A stretch of DNA of 64,000 nt from Sedimentisphaerales bacterium (GTDB taxonomy: Bacteria; Planctomycetota; Phycisphaerae; Sedimentisphaerales; SM23-30), in assembly GCA_963663965.2 (NCBI GenBank), contig CAXXFK010000006.1, positions 224,001 through 288,000 on the forward strand, in the 5' to 3' direction. The notes under the pieces are model-generated. The model did not search any database. It was not told the origin of the DNA and saw only the letters and a list, made by a program, of their open reading frames with translations. Shown here in pieces: positions 55,480 through 64,000 of this stretch (within the stretch, counting starts at the first letter, position 1; every line of letters starts with the position of its first letter). Made by a program: the position numbers and the translations under genes.

Positions 55480-56178
55480 TTGGCTGACATGGAAATTCAA
55501 TCCACTTCCGCTTCAGGCCAGCGGAAAAGAAAGAAACAAAGCCGGTATGAACGGTTCGGTGAGGTACTGCGTTATCTGACCCTGGAGGAACTGCGGTTGT
55601 TTTTTGATGGGATTGATACCTACCGCCACAAGCTAATGTTCCAGGTCATCTATGAGCTGGGCTGCCGGGTGGGGGAGTTTGTCCGGATCCAACTCAAGCA
55701 TCTGAGTTTTACCCGCAGTACCGTATTCTTTCCCGCGGCCAATACCAAGACTCGACATGCCCGGACCAGCTATCTGCCCCAGGGATTAATGAATGAACTC
55801 AAGAGTCAGCTGCGTCAGCAGGGCATGGTGAGCAAACGGTCTGATCAGATACTCAAGCCGGAGGCCTATCTGTTTCATCCCGGCCATCGCTGGCAACAGC
55901 CCTATACTGAAACCCTGATCCGGCAGATCTTTCAGTATTATATTGAGAAAAGCCAGTTGCAGCAGATTTACAGTCAGGACCGACGGGGCCGAAATCTCAA
56001 GATGGTTACTGTACACTCCCTGCGTCACAGTCATATTATGCACTACATATTGGATAAGGGATTACCGCTGCCGTTCGTTCAGCGTCAGGTAGGGCATCGC
56101 AGTCTGAAAACCACCTCGGTCTATCTGGCGCCTTCTTCGGAAAAGATTGCCCGGGCCTATCAGGCTGCCCGGCAGTAA
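55480..56178 (+). CDS. Minimal tyrosine recombinase (catalytic domain only)
   Basis: GCRVGE, TKT, HSLRHS, GHRSLKTTSVY; 232 aa with no N-terminal binding domain. Confidence 0.9.
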   Translation: MADMEIQSTSASGQRKRKKQSRYERFGEVLRYLTLEELRLFFDGIDTYRHKLMFQVIYELGCRVGEFVRIQLKHLSFTRSTVFFPAANTKTRHARTSYLPQGLMNELKSQLRQQGMVSKRSDQILKPEAYLFHPGHRWQQPYTETLIRQIFQYYIEKSQLQQIYSQDRRGRNLKMVTVHSLRHSHIMHYILDKGLPLPFVQRQVGHRSLKTTSVYLAPSSEKIARAYQAARQ

Positions 56179-56444
56179 ACCGCTGCCGGCGATTATGGCG
56201 GTTATCCAGTGTCAGCCCGTTAACTCTCACTTTTCCGGATTTTGGCATGGGTTTGCCAGAGGGGCGAATTTCACATTTGCTAACAAATGTGAAGGAATTG
56301 CCCGAAACAGCATCCCAATCAGCTGGCAGATGAGGTTCTATGCACAGACTTTCGTCAAATGTGAAAAAAATGGGAATTGAATCCCATTTTCAGGTTATAT
56401 CCCTTGGCGATGATTAGAATTGTACATGATCTTTTTTCTAATTG

Positions 56445-57065
56445 TCATCTCTCAATGTAATAGACATTGGCCCTTTTCTCTTGCCAGCCATGGACGCCAA
56501 TCTTTTCGATTAAGGCAGCTCGGAATCGCCTTCTTCTACCGGTGATCGTTTGCCGATAAGAATCATCGGGAATAATCAGATTAATAACCAATTTAACCAG
56601 TGTTTTATTATCGTACCACTGTAAACGATCATCGTTTTTCCGATTTATGATTAATTCAGCAATCTCTTCCGCAATTGGTTTCACAAATAACGGCGCGGCT
56701 CGCTTGTAAGCTTGCCGATAAGTCTCATGATGGACACCCGTACACATCGCATCCAGATCGACATACCAAGTTTGCACTTCCGCACGCGAGGAACCAAAAT
56801 TGATGGCGCCGTGCCTTTCGATCTCAAAATAGAGTTCCGGTGGTTCCCAACGCAGATGTGTAATGCGACGCAATTTACTCATGTTCATGGCATGTAAATC
56901 AGTACCGTCAAGATAATCCCAAATAGTAATCAGGAAATCGTGAACTTTGTCATCGTCATCGACACTACCTGCCGGTATTTTGGCTAGATAGTCTTTCATC
57001 GCCTTGATTGATTCGTTTATATCAAAAATGTCCACGACAGGCTCCTTTAATTGGTTTTTTGACAA
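56445..57065 (-). CDS. Hypothetical protein
   Basis: 206-aa ORF (FEIERHGAINFGSSRAEVQTW). Confidence 0.65.
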   Translation of the reverse strand: MSKNQLKEPVVDIFDINESIKAMKDYLAKIPAGSVDDDDKVHDFLITIWDYLDGTDLHAMNMSKLRRITHLRWEPPELYFEIERHGAINFGSSRAEVQTWYVDLDAMCTGVHHETYRQAYKRAAPLFVKPIAEEIAELIINRKNDDRLQWYDNKTLVKLVINLIIPDDSYRQTITGRRRRFRAALIEKIGVHGWQEKRANVYYIER

Positions 57066-57086
57066 TCAGTCTATTGTGCCACCGCA

Positions 57087-57436
57087 TCATGTGTCGGGGG
57101 TAAACAATACCGTACATTGTTCCAGCATCTTTCGACTAAGTTGTTTGGCCTCCGCTGCTATTCTTATCCGTTGAGGATTGGTCAACAGAATGCGTTGGTT
57201 CTGTTGCTCATGTTGTTCAATCAAGACTTCCACCTGAGTTTTGAGAGACTCAATCGCCTGATAGAGCTCTTTATGGATGCAGTAGGCCATATATGTCGCA
57301 AGGGTGATTCATAACCTCTGTTTCATCGTCCTCCAAGTCTATCAAATCAGGAAATACTTGCAACCAGGTTCGCCCGAACATTCTTTAAGTGCCTGTTTTC
57401 AAGGAAATTATGGGATATTAATTTTTGCACCCTAAG
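57087..57436 (-). mobile_element. Decayed 5' remnant of the IS-like element seen at 1516
   Basis: Reverse complement CTTAGGGTGCAAAAA... aligns with 1516 onward; ELYQAIESLKTQVEVLIEQ; early TGA; truncated. Confidence 0.8.
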
Positions 57437-57605
57437 CCGAGTTGGGTTTATAAGTACAAAATACTTAAGATGAGTTAAGAATGTACTTCATTATTAAAAA
57501 TGGCTGCTGGGATTGCATGTTATTAAAATCAAAAACAGCTATTCTGTCTAAAAACTGTCTAAAATTAATACCAATTTATTGCAATTTAATATTTTAAATT
57601 AAGAA

Positions 57606-57638
57606 AAATCCTTACAAATTCTTTATTTGTAAGGATTT
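57606..57638. terminator. Stem-loop downstream of the tRNA fragment
   Basis: AAATCCTTACAAAT-TCTTT-ATTTGTAAGGATTT perfect inverted repeat. Confidence 0.6.
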
Positions 57639-57645
57639 AGTTTAA

Positions 57646-57688
57646 TGGGCGATACTGGACTTGAACCAGTGACCCCCAGCTTGTCGAG
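57646..57688 (-). other. 3' half of tRNA-Val(GAC), probable att site
   Basis: Reverse complement CTCGACAAGCTGGGGGTCACTGGTTCAAGTCCAGTATCGCCCA covers anticodon loop, T arm and acceptor strand; 5' half absent; integrase adjacent. Confidence 0.8.
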
Positions 57689-57896
57689 ATGTGTATAATG
57701 GATTGCATAAATGCTGTAAAAATAATTAATAATAACATAAAGCGATATATTATAGTATGATATGAAAATTAAATAAATCGTGCATATTTGGCAAAAAGAG
57801 AATATAATGCTCTATATGTCATAAAGAGTGTCATAATCTGATTTTTAAGAAGATTCAAATTGGTCAAATTATGACACTTTGTTTGGAGGCAAAATT

Positions 57897-59126
57897 ATGT
57901 CAAATAAGCATGGCTTACCCGGAACAATATGGTTGAATCATGGGCGTTGGTACTGGAAGGTTAAGTTGCCCGGTGATATTCGACGTAAGGACATTCCGCT
58001 TATCCCTTCGGAAGCTAAATATGCAACGAATGATTATGGGGTAGCCGTTGAAATTGCCCGTGAGATCTATCGCCGGCATACCACGACCCCGCGGCCGGGT
58101 GAGGGGGAAAGTATTGCGGATCTGGTGGGGGCCTATCTGGCTTATGCGCAACAATATTATCGGCAGGGACGTGAGTTGGTAAATATTCAGGCGGCCCTGA
58201 CCCATTTGACAGAACGGTATGGGAGGATACCGGCTGAGGATTTTGGACCTAAAGATCTACGATACCTTCAAGAGCAAATGATCGAATTGACCTATAGAAA
58301 TTCGCCTCGGCGTCGTTTCGCCCGGTCAACAATCAATAAATATATTGGAATATATAAACGGGTCTTTAACTGGGCGGTCGCCGAAGGGAGACTTCCTCCC
58401 AGCGTGGGGTATGGCTTAAACTGTGTAGCCAATTTAAAGAAAAACCGGAGTGATGCTCGCGAAGGCGAGGTGATTCAGCCTGTCACCAAAGAACAGGTGT
58501 GGGCGGTTTTGCCTTATTGCTCATCAGTGGTAGCGGCCATGGTCCAGGTGCATTACTATACCGGCATGAGGCCAACGGAGTTATGTAATATGCGATGGGA
58601 GGATATTGACAGGACCGATAAGGTATGGGTTTACCGGCCGGCGGAGTTGGAAGGGCGCCAGGCCCATAAAACTGCCCATCTGGGACATGAGCGAGCTATT
58701 GCCATTGGACCAAGGGCGCAAGCAGTAATCAATTCTCTAATCAAAAGAGAAGAGAAGAGTGGATTTGTTTTTTCTCCTCAAGTTGCGGTGCGGGAAATGC
58801 GTCAACGTCGAAGAAAGCAACGAAAAACACCTGAGCAATATGGTAATAGACCCGGTACCAACCGAAAAGCAAAACCGCAAAGTCAACCCGGGGATCATTA
58901 TAATCGGTATACTTACGCGAAAGCTATCCGTCGAGCCTGTATAGAAGCAAAGATCAATCCCTGGGCGCCGAATCAATTGCGGCATACCGCCGCTACACGT
59001 ATTCGTCGTGAGATGGGATTGGATGCCGCTGGAGCTACATTAGGCCATAGCACGGTCAGTACAACTCAGATCTGTGCGGGAATCTGTCGGGATAAAGCCA
59101 TTGCCGTTGCGGAAAAAATGGGGTGA
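57897..59126 (+). CDS. Phage-type tyrosine integrase, probably inactive
   Basis: TGMRPTE, HKT, NQLRH, LGHSTVSTTQIC with Cys where the catalytic Tyr is expected. Confidence 0.88.
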   Translation: MSNKHGLPGTIWLNHGRWYWKVKLPGDIRRKDIPLIPSEAKYATNDYGVAVEIAREIYRRHTTTPRPGEGESIADLVGAYLAYAQQYYRQGRELVNIQAALTHLTERYGRIPAEDFGPKDLRYLQEQMIELTYRNSPRRRFARSTINKYIGIYKRVFNWAVAEGRLPPSVGYGLNCVANLKKNRSDAREGEVIQPVTKEQVWAVLPYCSSVVAAMVQVHYYTGMRPTELCNMRWEDIDRTDKVWVYRPAELEGRQAHKTAHLGHERAIAIGPRAQAVINSLIKREEKSGFVFSPQVAVREMRQRRRKQRKTPEQYGNRPGTNRKAKPQSQPGDHYNRYTYAKAIRRACIEAKINPWAPNQLRHTAATRIRREMGLDAAGATLGHSTVSTTQICAGICRDKAIAVAEKMG

Positions 59127-59502
59127 ATGTCGAGACAAATTATATTACGTTCTTAATGATTTATAGTTTATATCCTTAACTGTTTTAATGCCTAAGGTTA
59201 TGGTCGCTCGATATTAAATTTTCAATAAGTTCTTATGTTGATTTTATGCTTGTTAGTCAATAAGAAAATATATCTTAATTTTATGCAGGTAATTTGATGA
59301 TGACTATTTGAAAATTATTAAAAAAATATTGACGGATTATAAATATACTAATAAATTATTTAGTGCAGTAATTGGTTTTGACGGGAATACATAAATATAT
59401 GTAAGACAGTTTATCTGCTCAATCCGTTATTGCCGGCTTAAGTACTAGATTTGTCTTAATTATCGCCAATCATGTGATTAATACTGTAGTAAGGAGTATA
59501 GT

Positions 59503-62500
59503 ATGGGTGCTTTAAGTCGAATCGTACGGAAAATTATAAAGGGTAAAGATCAATATAATCTTCAACTTGAACAATATGAATCTCGGGTATTACTTAGCGC
59601 TTCTCCTCCTATGATTGGTCCACTTGATTTCGAAGGTGTCATGATGATCCCTCTTGAAAATACTTGTCTTTTAACAGACACCACCTCGAAGCTTAACGAA
59701 TGTATTGAACCTACGGGGTATGTTCATGATGTTATTAACCCTAAAAATACAAGTGAATCAATTGTAGAGTTTGTGGCTTCTGATGTACAGACGCAATCTG
59801 TTATGACGATCTTCTTCGATGACTTCTCTGATGGTAACATGGACGGATGGTATCGCGGAGATTGGGATTCCGGATCAGGTAGTGACTACTGGGGGTTAGT
59901 AAATGATGGGTTATATGCACCTCAGCCTTGGTGTGCCGCAGTTTCAGATGGTGGTGCTACTGTATGGTCTGACTACGACAACGATATGCAGGCATATATG
60001 TACCACTATATTGATCTGAGTGGGTATGATGGTTGTTACCTACAGTTCGACTACTATCTTGCATCAGAAGAAACATACGATGAACTGTTAGTACATGTCT
60101 ATGCTGACGGGGGATGGTCATCTGCTCTGTGGTCCGACTCTGGATTTCACAATTGGGATGGGAGTTCCTCAACTACAGTAGATCTTAGCTCTTATGACGG
60201 AAAAGAAATCTATATTGAGTTTGAGTTTCGAAGTGATAGCTCTGTAGAAAGAACTGATTGGGAAGGTGACGGTGCTTGGGTCGATAATATCAGAGTCAAA
60301 GGATCGGCAGTATCCTCCGATCTCACGAAGCAAACCGACCACATAAATAGCACCAGTGCCTTTCCTGGGGATACATTAGAAGTCGATCTAACAATAGTGA
60401 ACAGCGGATCTAATTCAGCTAACTCCTCCTATGTTTACTACTACTGGAAAAAGGGTTCAAAGGAATATTCTGACACTTATAAGGTTGGTCAGGATTATGT
60501 GAAAAGTCTTTCACCCCAAGACACCTCAGATGAGAGCTTTGAGTTTACGGTCCCCGCAGGATCTTTGGCGGGTACTTACTACTTATACTATTGGATAGAT
60601 GCTCGCGAGGAAATTAGTGAGAGTATCGAAACCAATAATAAATGGGCGTGGACTGTTACGGTCAACGAACCGACGAAAATATTATCTGTCGACTTTGAGC
60701 CGGATGATGGTTCCCAGGGTACTGTTGATGAGACAAAAACAGTGACAGTTTCCGTTGGTGCAGAGATTGCACAGCCAGGTGTTCTTCAGGTATGGATGTA
60801 CGATGATGATTTTTCGACCCAGGATACGGAGTGGATATATATTGATGCTCCGCAGAGTACAGTACGTACGTTTGAACTGGCCTTGGTCGAGTCTGAGGTT
60901 GGTGCGCGTGACTATTCGACATATATTCAATTTCGGCCAAACGTAACGACCGGGCCGTTCATTTCAACGGAGCTATACGACTCGATCTGGACTGGCAGTG
61001 ATTATACCATCGACTGGAACGGAATTCCCGATCTCACGAGGCAAACGGACCACATAAATAGCACCAGTGCCTTTCCTGGGGATACATTAGAAGTTGATCT
61101 AACAATTGTGAACAGCGGATCTAATTCAGCTAACTCCTCCTATGTTTACTACTACTGGAAAAAGGGTTCAAAGGAATATTCTGACACTTATAAGGTTGGT
61201 CAGGATTATGTGAAAAGTCTTTCACCCCAAGACACCTCAGATGAGAGCTTTGAGTTTACGGTCCCCGCAGGATCTTTGGCGGGTACTTACTACTTATACT
61301 ATTGGATAGATGCTCGCGAGGAAATTAGTGAGAGTATCGAAACCAATAATAAATGGGCGTGGACTGTTACGGTCAACGAACCGACGAAAATATTATCTGT
61401 CGACTTTGAGCCGGATGATGGTTCCCAGGGTACTGTTGATGAGACAAAAACAGTGACAGTTTCCGTTGGTGCGGAGATTGCACAGCCAGGTGTTCTTCAG
61501 GTATGGATGTACGATGATGATTTTTCGACCCAGGATACGGAGTGGATATATATTGATGCTCCGCAGAGTACAGTACGTACGTTTGAACTGGCCCTGGTCG
61601 AGTCTGAGGTTGGTGCGCGTGACTATTCGACATATATTCAATTTCGGCCAAACGTAACGACCGGGCCGTTCATTTCAACGGAGCTATACGACTCGATTTG
61701 GACTGGCAGTGATTATACCATCGACTGGAACGGAATTCCCGATCTCACGAGGCAAATGGACCACATAAATAGCACCAGTGCCTTTCCTGGGGATACATTA
61801 GAAGTTGATCTAACAATTGTGAACAACGGATCTATCTCAGCTAACTCCTCTTATGTCTACTACTACTGGAAAAAGGACTCAAAGGAATATTCTGACACTT
61901 ATAAGGTTGGTCAGGATTATGTTGAAAGTCTTTCACCCCAAGACACCTCAGATGAGAGCTTTGAGTTTACGGTCCCCGCAGGATCTTTGGCGGGTACTTA
62001 CTACTTATACTATTGGATAGATGCTCGCGAGGAAATTAGTGAGAGTATCGAAACCAATAATAAATGGGCGTGGACTGTTACGGTCAACGAACCGACGAAA
62101 ATATTATCTGTCGACTTTGAGCCGGATGATGGTTCCCAGGGTACTGTTGATGAGACAAAAACAGTGACAGTTTCCGTTGGTGCAGAGATTGCACAGCCAG
62201 GTGTTCTTCAGGTATGGATGTACGATGATGATTTTTCGACCCAGGATACGGAGTGGATATATATTGATGCTCCGCAGAGTACAGTACGTACGTTTGAACT
62301 GGCCTTGGTCGAGTCTGAGGTTGGTGCGCGTGACTATTCGACATATATTCAATTTCGGCCAAACGTAACGACCGGGCCGTTCATTTCAACGGAGCTATAC
62401 GACTCGATCTGGACTGGCAGTGATTATACTATAGACTGGGACGGAATTCCTGATCTTGAAGCGACATTGACTATCCTTAGTAACGGCTGCTATTGGGGTG

Positions 62501-64000
62501 ACCAGGTTGGGTTCGAAGTAGGAACAGAAAACACAACGGGTGTACCAACGAATCATAATTGGAAAGTATATTTAGTGATGTCGCCAGACTCAAACGTGAC
62601 GATTACAGATTATATACTAGATGAATGGCTGATTCCTATAGGTAGTGGCGAATGGGGAATGTCATTATTGGAGGAATTACCAGCTACTCCACCGTCAGGA
62701 TTTTCAAGCGATGGAATTGTGTATTTTGGTTTAATCGCTGATGTAGCGAACAACATAATCGAGCAAAACGAAATAAATAATATAGATATTGAAACGATAC
62801 GAATAAGTAAATATAATAATCCTCCCACAATAGATATTTTAGTTGGGCCAGGTGATGGCGATACGATTAATTATGATGATGTAAAATATGAATGGTCTGG
62901 CTATGATTCTGATGGGTATATTAGCGGTTACGAAGTAAAAATGGATGACTCAGGCTGGTCGACTGCAAACAAAACTATGACATTTCCAAATCTTTCCGAA
63001 GGAAAACATGAATTTTCTGTCAGGGCAATAGACAATGACAATCAATATTCTAACTGGTCACACAATACTTTTAATGTGGATTTAGATGAAAACCAAGAAC
63101 CAGGAGACACAATTGCCTATTCATATGACTTGGGTACATTGAAATTGAATGACTCAAAAAATATTACAGAGATGGTTGGGAATGGTTTACATTTGAATAA
63201 AGACATAGATATATTCAAAATAAGTTTAGAGGATAATGCCAAAGTAACATTTGACATAGATACAACACCGCCGGTGTCTTCATTAGATTCATATTTACGT
63301 TTATTCGATAGTTATGGTTCAGAAATTGCATTTAGTGATGATGAGGCATCACCGGGAGAGTCAAACACACTTGATTCATTTTTAGAACGTTATCTATCCG
63401 TTGGCACTTATTATATTGGAGTTTCGGGGTATCCCAATGTTCGTTACTTGCCCTCAAATAATAGCTCCGCAGTTTCTGGAAGCACAGGTAATTATACACT
63501 GAGCGTTACAGTTTCTAGTCCTGAGGATCAGCCACAGGATATTCGACCTTTAGATGTTATTCAACTATCAGGTGACTTCGAAGAAACGAGTGATGGGCTA
63601 CATACCGCTACTGGAACGATTGTCGTGAATGACTTTTTAACTGTTATTGGAACGATCACCTATGATGATGAACTGAATATCCATGGCGATGGGGAAGTAT
63701 GGGTACATAATATCCCTATTATTGGTGATGCCATGTTGATGGATGATGAATTTGATTTTCCCGCCGGCGAGGTTATAACCGATAAACTGAACGGAGCACT
63801 ATCAAGCCTGGCTGTAGCCGGATTGGATCTTAAGCTAGACCGATTCTTGTTAGTTGAAAATGGAGTCCGATTGGAAGGGGCTCTGAAATTACCCGATTTA
63901 ATGGGTGGTACTGAAATCAAATTTGCCAATCCGCATTTCATTGATATTACCACAGAAGGGTTATTTTATGACTTTGTTGTTACCCCCAATGACCTAAGTT
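59503..64000 (+). CDS. Giant secreted LEPR-XLL protein with CARDB/Ig-like repeats and a PPC-like domain; runs off the window
   Basis: AAGGAG RBS, LEQYESRVLLSA motif, frame appears open to the edge, PDL...N.G...GTYYLYYWID...E..ETNN repeats, DSYLRLFDS...DD. Confidence 0.85.
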   Translation, partial: MGALSRIVRKIIKGKDQYNLQLEQYESRVLLSASPPMIGPLDFEGVMMIPLENTCLLTDTTSKLNECIEPTGYVHDVINPKNTSESIVEFVASDVQTQSVMTIFFDDFSDGNMDGWYRGDWDSGSGSDYWGLVNDGLYAPQPWCAAVSDGGATVWSDYDNDMQAYMYHYIDLSGYDGCYLQFDYYLASEETYDELLVHVYADGGWSSALWSDSGFHNWDGSSSTTVDLSSYDGKEIYIEFEFRSDSSVERTDWEGDGAWVDNIRVKGSAVSSDLTKQTDHINSTSAFPGDTLEVDLTIVNSGSNSANSSYVYYYWKKGSKEYSDTYKVGQDYVKSLSPQDTSDESFEFTVPAGSLAGTYYLYYWIDAREEISESIETNNKWAWTVTVNEPTKILSVDFEPDDGSQGTVDETKTVTVSVGAEIAQPGVLQVWMYDDDFSTQDTEWIYIDAPQSTVRTFELALVESEVGARDYSTYIQFRPNVTTGPFISTELYDSIWTGSDYTIDWNGIPDLTRQTDHINSTSAFPGDTLEVDLTIVNSGSNSANSSYVYYYWKKGSKEYSDTYKVGQDYVKSLSPQDTSDESFEFTVPAGSLAGTYYLYYWIDAREEISESIETNNKWAWTVTVNEPTKILSVDFEPDDGSQGTVDETKTVTVSVGAEIAQPGVLQVWMYDDDFSTQDTEWIYIDAPQSTVRTFELALVESEVGARDYSTYIQFRPNVTTGPFISTELYDSIWTGSDYTIDWNGIPDLTRQMDHINSTSAFPGDTLEVDLTIVNNGSISANSSYVYYYWKKDSKEYSDTYKVGQDYVESLSPQDTSDESFEFTVPAGSLAGTYYLYYWIDAREEISESIETNNKWAWTVTVNEPTKILSVDFEPDDGSQGTVDETKTVTVSVGAEIAQPGVLQVWMYDDDFSTQDTEWIYIDAPQSTVRTFELALVESEVGARDYSTYIQFRPNVTTGPFISTELYDSIWTGSDYTIDWDGIPDLEATLTILSNGCYWGDQVGFEVGTENTTGVPTNHNWKVYLVMSPDSNVTITDYILDEWLIPIGSGEWGMSLLEELPATPPSGFSSDGIVYFGLIADVANNIIEQNEINNIDIETIRISKYNNPPTIDILVGPGDGDTINYDDVKYEWSGYDSDGYISGYEVKMDDSGWSTANKTMTFPNLSEGKHEFSVRAIDNDNQYSNWSHNTFNVDLDENQEPGDTIAYSYDLGTLKLNDSKNITEMVGNGLHLNKDIDIFKISLEDNAKVTFDIDTTPPVSSLDSYLRLFDSYGSEIAFSDDEASPGESNTLDSFLERYLSVGTYYIGVSGYPNVRYLPSNNSSAVSGSTGNYTLSVTVSSPEDQPQDIRPLDVIQLSGDFEETSDGLHTATGTIVVNDFLTVIGTITYDDELNIHGDGEVWVHNIPIIGDAMLMDDEFDFPAGEVITDKLNGALSSLAVAGLDLKLDRFLLVENGVRLEGALKLPDLMGGTEIKFANPHFIDITTEGLFYDFVVTPNDLS
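60317..62449 (+). repeat. Three near-identical 711-bp (237-aa) tandem repeats
   Basis: Units start at 60317, 61028 and 61739; antisense ORFs in the track recur with period 711. Confidence 0.95.

Noticed and set aside
56243..56257. Second sigma-54 promoter TGGCATGGGTTTGC
   Set aside because: GG-GC spacing is 9, not 10, and no co-oriented gene follows.
57646..57688. Functional tRNA-Val
   Set aside because: D arm and 5' acceptor strand are missing.
60662..62368. Triplicated small ORFs
   Set aside because: Off-frame and antisense shadows of the 711-bp repeats.

Overview
A 64-kb accessory region packed with mobile elements, most likely from a Planctomycete (Phycisphaerae/Sedimentisphaerales-like). 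The host guess rests on a LEPR-XLL giant secreted protein, a dockerin-like-tailed secreted protein and a GH29 gene. From left to right: (1) a broken GH29 fucosidase cut by an IS-like integrase remnant, followed by IS21 and IS66 debris; (2) a ~9-kb integrative module with a Zn-ribbon tyrosine integrase, a HerA/DUF87-like ATPase fused to a nuclease-like tail, a PD-(D/E)XK-like nuclease, a double wHTH protein and an unexplained covarying hairpin array (8053-8307); (3) a prokaryotic ubiquitin-like cassette (Ubl, E2-like, JAB, ThiF/E1) next to ArdC-like and DUF2958-like genes; (4) a defence island with an RtcR-like sigma-54 activator and a -24/-12 promoter in front of a type I R-M cluster with intercalated genes, an ATPase plus unknown partner, and a Druantia type III-like pair hit by two IS3 copies; (5) a nested IS630 > IS21 > IS256 > group II intron stack, with the intron inside the IS256 terminal repeat; (6) a candidate structured RNA before a minimal tyrosine recombinase; (7) a tRNA-Val 3' fragment (att site), an integrase with a Tyr-to-Cys change at the catalytic position, and the start of a giant secreted protein with three 711-bp repeats. 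Many frameshifts sit in homopolymers and may be sequencing errors. All family calls are from motif recognition by eye; no database searches were run.
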